The position numbers and the translations under genes were made by a program. DNA of 64,000 bases. Source: Nitrospira sp. Lineage in GTDB: Bacteria > Nitrospirota > Nitrospiria > Nitrospirales > Nitrospiraceae. The notes under the pieces were generated by a model. It saw only the letters and a program-made list of their open reading frames with translations, made no database searches and was not told the origin of the DNA. Location: positions 7,420 to 71,419 of the forward strand of contig JBBIKN010000005.1 in NCBI GenBank assembly GCA_037445435.1, written 5' to 3'. Positions 54,732 to 62,075 of this stretch are shown one piece after another (position 1 is the stretch's first letter; the number at the start of each line of letters is the position of its first letter).

Positions 54732-55004
54732 TGAATTGACGTACTTCTTGAACACCTGGCTTGGCCGAAACGTCACGACTCGACGGGGAGTGATCCCAAT
54801 TTCTTCTCCAGTTCGAGGATTGCGTCCCTTGCGAGCTCCCTTGCTGCGCACAACGAAATTGCCAAACCCCGCGATTTTGACCGATTCTCCCTTCTGCAAG
54901 ACAGACTTCAATAGATTTAGTACAAACTCAACGATATCAGCGGCTTCATTTTTCGAGATGCCGACTTGCTTGAAAATTTCGTCAGCGATATCCGCCTTTC
55001 TCAT
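54729..55004 (-). CDS. ihfA: integration host factor subunit alpha
   Basis: 91 aa with GFGNFVVRSKGARKGRNPRTGEEIGITPRRVVTFRPSQVFK, an IHF-alpha type arm. Confidence 0.85.
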   Translation of the reverse strand: MRKADIADEIFKQVGISKNEAADIVEFVLNLLKSVLQKGESVKIAGFGNFVVRSKGARKGRNPRTGEEIGITPRRVVTFRPSQVFKKYVNS

Positions 55005-55145
55005 GCCACCCCCCTACGTGACCGATGCAACTCGCCGCGTGTTCCTTCTGACCGACTCTTCTCGTGAAGCGATGAGTTTTGCTTAAGTTACGTGAGGTTA
55101 TGAGGCCTGTCAAGAATAAATTTGGGTAGTGCTTACGAAAATACT

Positions 55146-56738
55146 CTAATCCTTGGCTAAAAGTTTGTATTCAATACTATCTGCGAGGGCCTGCCATGTG
55201 GCCTCGATGATGTTTTCCGAGACCCCGACCGTCCCCCACTTATCTTTGTGGTCTCCGGATTCGATCAAGACACGCACTTTTGATTCGGTCCCTTGATTCG
55301 CCGCCAACACGCGCACCTTATAGTCCAGCAGCTTCACCTCTCGAAGTTCGGGATAGAATTTTTCCAACGCCTTTCGTAGAGCATGGTCAAGCGCATTGAC
55401 CGGTCCCGCCCCGACCGCTGCCGTATGTTCGACCGCGTCACCGACCTTCACCATGACTGTCGCCTCGGAAAGGGGCGTTCCATCCTCTTGTTTTTTTTCA
55501 ACGATCACGCGAAACCCAAGTAATTGAAACGAGGGGCGATGACTGCCCATCGCCTTTCGCATCAGTAATTCAAATGACCCTTCGGCCCCTTCGAATTGAT
55601 AGCCCTGACTCTCTCGATCCTTCAACGTATGGATCAGCTCGCCGACTTTGGAATGGTCCTTTGAGAGCGTGATTCCGTACGCTTTAATCTTGTCCAGCAA
55701 ACCACTCCGTCCTCCGTAGTCGGAGATCAGCATCCGTTGCCGATTCCCGACCCGACCCGGATCGATATGTTCATAGGTCGCCGGATTCTTCAGCACCGCA
55801 TGAATATGGACTCCTCCCTTGTGGGCAAAGGCGGAATCACCGACATAGGGTTGGTGCTTGTTCGGCATCAGATTCGCGATCTCCGTCACGAAACCTGATA
55901 CTTCCTTTAAGTGGCTCAATCGGTCATTCAAGGCCGGACGCTTCATCTTCAGCTCTAAATTAGGGATGATCGAACAGAGATTGGCATTCCCGCACCGCTC
56001 CCCGATCCCATTGATCGTGCCTTGCACCTGCACGATCCCCGTCTCGATCGCCACCAGGGAGTTGGCCACCGCCATTTCGCAGTCGTTATGGGCATGAATA
56101 CCAAGCGGAACCCGACACTCGTGTTGAACGATCTGGCAGATCTCACGAATCTCCCACGGCATCGTCCCACCGTTCGTATCGCACAGAATCACCCGCTCCG
56201 CACCAGCATCCACTGCCTTTCTAATTGAATTCAACGCATACTCGGGATTGGTCTTGTAGCCGTCAAAGAAATGTTCCGCGTCGTAGAACACCCGACGCCC
56301 CTTCTCGCGGAGATACGCAATGGAATCGGCGATCAACTCCAAGTTCTTGTTCAACGAAATCCCGAGGGCATCAGTGACGTGGAGCGACCAGGTTTTTCCA
56401 AAGAGGGTGATCGTCTTGGTTTCGGCCGCGAGTAAGGCCTGGAGGTTCTGATCTTTGCGAACGGTATTGCTGGCTTTCCTGGTCGATCCGAACGCAATGA
56501 CATCCGCATGCTTCAGCGGAATCGTCTTGATCATCCTAAAGAACTCAATGTCCTTTGGATTCGCCCCAGGCCAGCCTCCTTCAATAAAATGTACCCCAAG
56601 GCTATCCAACTTTTGCGCGATGAGAACTTTGTCTTCGGCCGAGAAACTGACATCCTCCGCCTGAGCCCCGTCGCGCAAGGTCGTGTCGTAGATTTCCAAC
56701 GCCGCCATTTGCTGCGCAGACGGTTTTGGTTTAAGCAT
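55146..56738 (-). CDS. cimA: (R)-citramalate synthase / 2-isopropylmalate synthase family
   Basis: IYDTTLRDGAQ, HAHND and a C-terminal LeuA-dimer regulatory domain. Length and N-terminus fit CimA-type enzymes. The longest ORF extends to 56795. Confidence 0.8.
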   Translation of the reverse strand: MLKPKPSAQQMAALEIYDTTLRDGAQAEDVSFSAEDKVLIAQKLDSLGVHFIEGGWPGANPKDIEFFRMIKTIPLKHADVIAFGSTRKASNTVRKDQNLQALLAAETKTITLFGKTWSLHVTDALGISLNKNLELIADSIAYLREKGRRVFYDAEHFFDGYKTNPEYALNSIRKAVDAGAERVILCDTNGGTMPWEIREICQIVQHECRVPLGIHAHNDCEMAVANSLVAIETGIVQVQGTINGIGERCGNANLCSIIPNLELKMKRPALNDRLSHLKEVSGFVTEIANLMPNKHQPYVGDSAFAHKGGVHIHAVLKNPATYEHIDPGRVGNRQRMLISDYGGRSGLLDKIKAYGITLSKDHSKVGELIHTLKDRESQGYQFEGAEGSFELLMRKAMGSHRPSFQLLGFRVIVEKKQEDGTPLSEATVMVKVGDAVEHTAAVGAGPVNALDHALRKALEKFYPELREVKLLDYKVRVLAANQGTESKVRVLIESGDHKDKWGTVGVSENIIEATWQALADSIEYKLLAKD

Positions 56739-57104
56739 CGGCTGTGGCTCACGCGAAGCGCGGGAAGAATCGGATTGCGAGGTTTTTCGAGTCATGGCAT
56801 GAAAGGGTATCAGGAGAGAGGCTCTCCTGTCGAGCCGTTAGGAACCGAGCGATTGGAAGAAGCCTGTGAGACCGGCACTCGACTAGCCTTCTTTGAAAAG
56901 CATCTGTAGAGGTGTTGCAGATTGACTGTACCCACTCTGGCGTAGCAGAATGTAGCTTTTGGGTTTCAATGAGACGCCGTATAGGGGTCTGCACGGTTCA
57001 CGATCCTTCCCTATCACTCGCCCCTGCTTCCTCTCCCAGATCATTAGCAATCAAGCGGAACTGTTCGAGCGCAGATTCGAGGTCGTCGACGATTTCCTGC
57101 GCGA

Positions 57105-58505
57105 TCACGTCGGGTCGGGGAGGTTGTCGGAGGCTTCGAGGGATTCGTCTTTGAGCCAGAAGATGTCGAGGCTGGCTTTGTCGCGGGCGATGAGTTCGTC
57201 GTAGGCGTAGGCACGCCAGCGGCCGTCCGGTTTCTTCTCGGACCAGGTCGCTTTCCGCTCGTGACGGTTCGCCGGGTTGTAGCATTGCACGAATTCGTCC
57301 AAATCCTCGCGTTTGAGCGGGTTGGTCTTGAGCGTGAAGTGCTGGTTGGTGCGCAGGTCATAGATCCAGAGTTTCCTGGTCCAGGGCGTTTCGCTCGCCG
57401 GTTTCTTATCGAAGAAGAGAACGTTGGCCTTGACGCCTTGGGCATAAAACAGGCCGGTCGGCAATCGCAGCAGCGTATGTACGTCGCAGTCGTGGAGCAG
57501 CTTGCGGCGAACAGTCTCGCCTGCACCGCCTTCAAAGAGCACGTTGTCCGGCACCACGACAGCGGCGCGGCCATTCACCGCCAGGATCGTCTTTACATGC
57601 TGGACGAAGTTCAGTTGCTTGTTGGAAGTTGTCGCCCAGAAGTCGTCACGCTCGTAGGTTTCTCGTTCCTTGGAGACTTCACCCTCCTGTCCGACGACCG
57701 TGTAGCTGCTCTTCTTGCCGAACGGCGGATTGGTGAGGACGATGGTGAACCGTTCGCCTGGATCGGAGGCGAGGGAATCGGCCGCCTCGATTGGCTCGAA
57801 GTCCTGAGAGCCGATGCCGTGCAAGAGCAGATTCATCGCGCAGAGACGGACGACGCTCTGGACAAGCTCGTAGCCTTTTAACGTCTCTTCTTTAAGCTTC
57901 TTCTTTTCAGCCTTCGTCAGATTCGGATTGTGCTTCACCACATAATCGTGCGCAGCGAAGAGAAATCCGCCGGTCCCGCAGGCAGGATCGCAGATCGTGT
58001 CACCGGGCTTCGGTGCAACGGCATCGACCATCGCTTGGATCAACGGACGCGGCGTGAAGTACTGGCCGGCCCCACCCTTCACGTCTTCGGCGTTCTTTTG
58101 GAGCAGTCCCTCGTAGGCATCGCCTTTCACGTCGGCGCTCATCGTGGACCAGTCTTCCTTGTCGATGAGGTCCACGATCAGGCGGCGGAGCTTGGCGGGA
58201 TCTTGGAACTTGTTCTGAGACTTGTTGAAGATCAGCCCGAGCAAGCCCTTTTCGTTCCCCAGTTTCTCTAAGCTGTGGCGATAGTGGTCGAACAGCTCAT
58301 CGCCGTCCTTCTTGAGCAAGCTCTGCCAACTGTACTTTTCAGGAACCGGGCTGACCTGGTTGTACGGCGGCTTCGTCCGTTCATCCGCCATCTTAAGGAA
58401 CAGCAAATACGTCAACTGCTCGACGTAGTCGCCGTAGCTCATCCCGTCATCGCGAAGGACGTTGCAATAGTTCCAGAGTTTTTGGACGATGGCGGAGGGG
58501 CTCAT
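57105..58505 (-). CDS. hsdM: type I restriction-modification methyltransferase subunit HsdM (C-terminal ~37 codons displaced by a frameshift)
   Basis: N6-adenine MTase motifs DPACGTGGFL and NPPFGKK, with the HsdM N-terminal domain. The normal tail (PDVIAQEIVDDLESALEQFRLIANDL) is encoded in another frame at 56998-57110. Confidence 0.88.
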   Translation of the reverse strand: MSPSAIVQKLWNYCNVLRDDGMSYGDYVEQLTYLLFLKMADERTKPPYNQVSPVPEKYSWQSLLKKDGDELFDHYRHSLEKLGNEKGLLGLIFNKSQNKFQDPAKLRRLIVDLIDKEDWSTMSADVKGDAYEGLLQKNAEDVKGGAGQYFTPRPLIQAMVDAVAPKPGDTICDPACGTGGFLFAAHDYVVKHNPNLTKAEKKKLKEETLKGYELVQSVVRLCAMNLLLHGIGSQDFEPIEAADSLASDPGERFTIVLTNPPFGKKSSYTVVGQEGEVSKERETYERDDFWATTSNKQLNFVQHVKTILAVNGRAAVVVPDNVLFEGGAGETVRRKLLHDCDVHTLLRLPTGLFYAQGVKANVLFFDKKPASETPWTRKLWIYDLRTNQHFTLKTNPLKREDLDEFVQCYNPANRHERKATWSEKKPDGRWRAYAYDELIARDKASLDIFWLKDESLEASDNLPDPT

Positions 58506-58870
58506 TGAGGGCGATCGCCTGTTTCCGAAAGTTGCTGACCTGCCGAAGTCTGCGGGAACAGTTGTAGGACTCTGCTTCTGAGTTCTTCACGGAAGAGAAT
58601 TTCAATACACACAATTGTCCTGTCTACGAGGTCGAGAATCATTTCCCCGGAGGAAGGACAGAGAGAGAGGCTTTCATGATTCGGCCCGTATGCTCCCTTT
58701 GGTTTTGGAGCGGTGTAGAGCGTGGCGCAGAAGTCATCACCACAGCGCCACCGGTCAACGAGTCGAAGCTGCGGTACTTGCTCGGCCAAATCCCTATCAC
58801 CTTGATTTCTGAGAAGCACGGTTAATTCGTCCGCAAGGTCAGGCAGAGCGTCCTGCAGAAGTGATGACAT
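58502..58870 (-). CDS. hypothetical protein (partner of DUF4926 gene)
   Basis: 122-aa ORF whose stop overlaps the hsdM start (ATGA). No motif recognised. Confidence 0.5.
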   Translation of the reverse strand: MSSLLQDALPDLADELTVLLRNQGDRDLAEQVPQLRLVDRWRCGDDFCATLYTAPKPKGAYGPNHESLSLCPSSGEMILDLVDRTIVCIEILFREELRSRVLQLFPQTSAGQQLSETGDRPQ

Positions 58871-58885
58871 TGTGGGTGAAGGGGG

Positions 58886-59116
58886 TTATTGCGAAAGAAG
58901 CTCGCGGGCATGAGTAATTTCGCGTTTGCCGACAGGGCGAACCTGGGCAGCTTCCACCGTGATGACCGCAGCAGTCTTACCTTCCAGGGTGGTAAACTCC
59001 ACCTCATAGGCCTGACCTTCACAATAAATAAGCACGATCGTCCCAACATCTCCCGCTACAAGCCCTTCAGCGGGAACATCAGCAGCTAATACGACTTGAT
59101 CGAGTTCCTTCATCAT
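58886..59116 (-). CDS. DUF4926 domain protein
   Basis: 76 aa (LDQVVLAADVPAEGLVAGDVGTIVLIYCEGQAYEVEFTTLEGKTAAVITV), which I recall as the DUF4926 pattern. Confidence 0.6.
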   Translation of the reverse strand: MMKELDQVVLAADVPAEGLVAGDVGTIVLIYCEGQAYEVEFTTLEGKTAAVITVEAAQVRPVGKREITHARELLSQ

Positions 59117-59143
59117 GGTCCGGTACTTGGCTTGCGTCAGAGA

Positions 59144-59341
59144 TCAGGCGCGCAACACTTCCGGCCTGGTTGAAAGATAGGCCAGGATCTCTTGTTGCCG
59201 GTCCTGAATTTGAAGCAGGTATGGTGCGGCAAGGCGTTCGTAGTCCGTACGTGCGTGCGTCTGCCTCGCCTGCTCAAGAAACTGCCAGAGCTTCTGCACA
59301 GCTGTTTCAGCCTGATGGAGTTCGTCGTCGTTGGCAATCAC
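59144..59341 (-). CDS. small helical protein, putative cognate partner of the nucleotidyltransferase
   Basis: 65-aa ORF. 4-nt overlap with the upstream NTase gene. Confidence 0.5.
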   Translation of the reverse strand: MIANDDELHQAETAVQKLWQFLEQARQTHARTDYERLAAPYLLQIQDRQQEILAYLSTRPEVLRA

Positions 59342-59733
59342 GGAAGCACCTCGACAATGGGTTGAGGACGAAACTGCCGGTCACGCGAGAACACCGCCAA
59401 TGCATCTGCGATAGGCTCAGCGCCGATCGACTCGGTGACCCAAAAGACATCGACATTATAGCGGATTCGACAGGAATCATGCACAAATACGGCGAGGAGT
59501 TCATCGGGGAGCCCGGTGGTGTGAAAATCAGCGGACATCACAACAAACAGATCGACATCATTAGGCAGTGCAGCCTCAGTGGGAAAGCTGCCGAAGAGGT
59601 AAATGTGCCTGACCTGACCCGTCTCGTGAAGCCGCATTACCACCGCGCGGAGGCGCTCATACAGAAACTGTCGCCTCGGCGTACTGGTCCCAAACCGTTC
59701 TCTGACTGCGGCTAGGGTGAGGACTTCGATCAT
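59338..59733 (-). CDS. nucleotidyltransferase-domain protein (MNT-like, toxin-antitoxin type)
   Basis: GS-x10-DxD pattern: IYLFGSFPTEAALPNDVDLFVV. Confidence 0.65.
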   Translation of the reverse strand: MIEVLTLAAVRERFGTSTPRRQFLYERLRAVVMRLHETGQVRHIYLFGSFPTEAALPNDVDLFVVMSADFHTTGLPDELLAVFVHDSCRIRYNVDVFWVTESIGAEPIADALAVFSRDRQFRPQPIVEVLP

Positions 59734-59756
59734 GACTCGTCGTTCATATGGTTATT

Positions 59757-59852
59757 CCCGTCATCGCGCCTGCCTGCGCCAAGCAACGCGCGGCAGGCAG
59801 GGAGGACGTTGCAGTAGTTCCAGAGCTTTGGGACGATGGCTGAGGAACTCAT
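59757..59852 (-). repeat. relic copy 1 of the hsdM 5' end (codons 1-21) carrying a 33-bp palindrome
   Basis: ATGAGTTCCTCAGCCATCGTCCCAAAGCTCTGGAACTACTGCAACGTCCTC [33 bp] CGCGATGACGGG aligns to hsdM 58505-58446. The insert at 59769-59801 is CCTGCCTGC-N15-GCAGGCAGG. Confidence 0.85.
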
Positions 59853-59943
59853 CTGGAATAGAATGGTGCCCAAACAGCGTGAGCGCCGGTGGGAGACGAA
59901 GTCGGAAGCGTCACGGACAGGTCAGATTCCTCCGCATTGTCCA

Positions 59944-60156
59944 TCATGTGCCGGTCATGAGCTCGGCTTCCAGAGGGCGATCCTTCTTGAAACGGCTCAC
60001 GCCAAGTACACTGAAGCCCAGCACATGTCCCTGCTCATCAACCCGCTCCATGACCGCATCATGGGCTGTGGGTCGCATGAAACCAGGCGCCTCACGAAAC
60101 TGCACCTCAAGGTAGTCCGCGTCCGGATCGAACCAGACTTTTACTTTTTCGGCCAT
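59944..60156 (-). CDS. DUF2283 domain protein (antitoxin-like)
   Basis: 70 aa (KVWFDPDADYLEVQFREAPGFMRPTAHDAVMERVDEQGHVLGFSVLGVS), a typical DUF2283 sequence. Confidence 0.7.
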   Translation of the reverse strand: MAEKVKVWFDPDADYLEVQFREAPGFMRPTAHDAVMERVDEQGHVLGFSVLGVSRFKKDRPLEAELMTGT

Positions 60157-60452
60157 ATCGTCTCTCCCGCCTTACGTTGATCGGTCAAATAGGCCGTCAC
60201 CATAAAAGCATCCTCAGGGGCATACTTTACCACGACACACAGCCACTTCCCACCAACCATCGTCCTGGCATAGAACTCGTAGAACAATCGCACAGTCTCA
60301 TCCGAGCGCGAAACCCGCACTTCGGTTGGCGATTGAAGCACCCGCTCAATCTCCTGGGCCAGGCCGGCCATTTCCGCATGTTGAAGGCAATAGGCGATCC
60401 GTTCATCTGTCAGTCGGACAGATCGGCCAAAACAATCACGGACAACCTTCAT
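60141..60452 (-). CDS. putative toxin partner of DUF2283 (small conserved hypothetical)
   Basis: 103-aa ORF overlapping the DUF2283 gene by 16 nt (VRLTDERIAYCLQHAEM...KWLCVVVKYAPEDAFMVTAYLTDQRKAGETIW). Family name not certain. Confidence 0.55.
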   Translation of the reverse strand: MKVVRDCFGRSVRLTDERIAYCLQHAEMAGLAQEIERVLQSPTEVRVSRSDETVRLFYEFYARTMVGGKWLCVVVKYAPEDAFMVTAYLTDQRKAGETIWPKK

Positions 60453-60546
60453 CGATCATCCCCAAAGATACGAATAGTCAGAGTCATCGGTGATTCACGA
60501 AGTCGCCCCGGCTCAGCCCGCATGCCTGTGTGTCGCACGCAGACAG

Positions 60547-60639
60547 GTCATCGCGCCTGCCTGCCGCGCGTGGCTTGGCGCAGGCAGGAAGGACGTTGCA
60601 GTAGTTCCAGAGTTTTTGAACGATGGCTGAGGTTGTCAA
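60547..60639 (-). repeat. relic copy 2 of the hsdM 5' end carrying the 33-bp palindrome with inverted spacer
   Basis: TTGACAACCTCAGCCATCGTTCAAAAACTCTGGAACTACTGCAACGTCCTT [33 bp] CGCGATGAC aligns to the hsdM start. The insert is at 60556-60588. Its 15-nt spacer is the reverse complement (14/15) of the copy-1 spacer. Confidence 0.85.
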
Positions 60640-60676
60640 TTTATTGTCTTTCTATTGCACTTTGGCGCGCTCGCTA

Positions 60677-61483
60677 CTAATGCGCGTGAATCTCCAATAA
60701 CTCACAGAGAACGACTCTGACGAGGTCCCGGACCCGAAGGACCTCAGCTTTGTCTGTGGGTGTGTGCGTCGAAACGCTCGATCTTGTGTAAACCGAGCGG
60801 ACAAAAGATCCCACGGCTTCTTCGACAGCATCTATCGCCTCTTCCGTCGTTCCTGAAACCGCTTTTGACACCCCCCTGCTTTTTAATATGTACCGGACTT
60901 TTTGTTTCATCGTTGGTCCGTCTGTGTCTGCATCTTGCTTGTAGCCGGGCATTGCCTTTACATCTTTATCGGGCGCTAGATAATCAAGCGTCTCACGCAA
61001 TGCCTCGCGCAAATCCGTTGCTGGTCCTCGCCAGGAACACCTCTTGTCAGATTGAATATCAATGGTGGCCTGCTCATAAGACCGAGCTGCTGACGGAACT
61101 ACGGATTGCAAGGTCTCTAATATTTGAGCATCAACTACATCCAGACGTTTCTTGGTAGCAGCTTTCGCAGCAGTGGCTATAGCTTGGCTATCTAGCGAAA
61201 TGAGAGAAGTTTTTGCGCTCGCAAGAATCTCCTGATAACGCGTAGCCATGCTTCTCTTGTGACAAAGCACCAGTAATTCCTGCATAAGGTCGTCAACCTG
61301 TTTTATTGCCTCGTCCTGTTCTTGTTTGCTGGCTAGGGAAGGCCTTATTTCAACAAAGTAATTCTCAACTAATCGCCTGAGCTCATCCCTATGCTTCTGT
61401 GAATGCACCTGACCGGTGACCTTATTAAGGTCCTTTCTAGCTTTTTCGACATGCCGAATGTAGGACTTAATAACCTCCGACAT
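60677..61483 (-). CDS. hypothetical alpha-helical protein (candidate effector of a two-gene module)
   Basis: 268-aa ORF, 4 nt downstream of the preceding gene. No family recognised. C-terminal string VYTRSSVSTHTP fits a loose R-x5-H pattern. Confidence 0.6.
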   Translation of the reverse strand: MSEVIKSYIRHVEKARKDLNKVTGQVHSQKHRDELRRLVENYFVEIRPSLASKQEQDEAIKQVDDLMQELLVLCHKRSMATRYQEILASAKTSLISLDSQAIATAAKAATKKRLDVVDAQILETLQSVVPSAARSYEQATIDIQSDKRCSWRGPATDLREALRETLDYLAPDKDVKAMPGYKQDADTDGPTMKQKVRYILKSRGVSKAVSGTTEEAIDAVEEAVGSFVRSVYTRSSVSTHTPTDKAEVLRVRDLVRVVLCELLEIHAH

Positions 61484-61487
61484 TCAC

Positions 61488-62024
61488 TCAAGACCCTTTC
61501 TTGGCGGGCAACCCGTGCACGACAAGGTTATAGCCAACTGCGTTTAGCTTGTATTCGCCTCTTGCCTTCGATTCAAAATAACCCGATCGCTTGGCATCTT
61601 TGAGTATTTGATCGACCTTCTTCGGAAGTTTGAAACTGGCCTGCTTGAAGTACTTCTCAATATCGCCGGTAGAGATCGATTGTTTCCGCTCGTCCTTTGG
61701 AGCCTTTTCCTGAAGGTAGTATGCAACTAGACATGCCATCTGCTTGGCTGAATCAGGATTCTTCTCTTCCTTGAGCGAACGAATATCTATCTGACGCCCA
61801 GCATGTTTGGTCGTTGCCTCAGCAGCCGCTGCTCCACCTGATTGCTTCTCCTGCTCGCCGCTGTCAGCTCCACTGCCATTCTCTTGGTCCCTTAAGGCAA
61901 GGTGAATCTTTAGATGTTTGCATGCCGCTGAGACAGCCGTGATCCGTGCGTTCTCATCCAGTCCATCGAGTGCATTGATTATGTGGTCAATTGCCTGCCC
62001 GAGTGACATTTTAGTCTCAGCCAT
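61488..62024 (-). CDS. hypothetical protein with low-complexity linker and C-terminal winged-helix-like region
   Basis: 178 aa from ATG 62024, with GGAGG upstream. The C-terminus (STGDIEKYFKQASFKLPKKVDQILKDAKRSGYFESKARGEYKLNAVGYNLV) looks wHTH-like. This is an inference. Confidence 0.55.
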   Translation of the reverse strand: MAETKMSLGQAIDHIINALDGLDENARITAVSAACKHLKIHLALRDQENGSGADSGEQEKQSGGAAAAEATTKHAGRQIDIRSLKEEKNPDSAKQMACLVAYYLQEKAPKDERKQSISTGDIEKYFKQASFKLPKKVDQILKDAKRSGYFESKARGEYKLNAVGYNLVVHGLPAKKGS

Positions 62025-62075
62025 ACGACCTCCATCTTCATGAAGAAGCAATAACGCTATTGCGTCTCCCTAAAT

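Noticed and set aside
54027-57104. tRNA-Pro as the integration site of the R-M/cassette island.
   Set aside because: The island starts about 3 kb away and is separated from the tRNA by housekeeping genes (merR, ihfA, cimA). There is no integrase and no duplicated tRNA 3' end.
59717-60180. ORFs 59717-60115 (+) and 59836-60180 (+) across relic 1 and the DUF2283 gene.
   Set aside because: They are antisense to the DUF2283 gene and run through the hsdM relic and palindrome. Their composition is Arg/Ser-rich nonsense.
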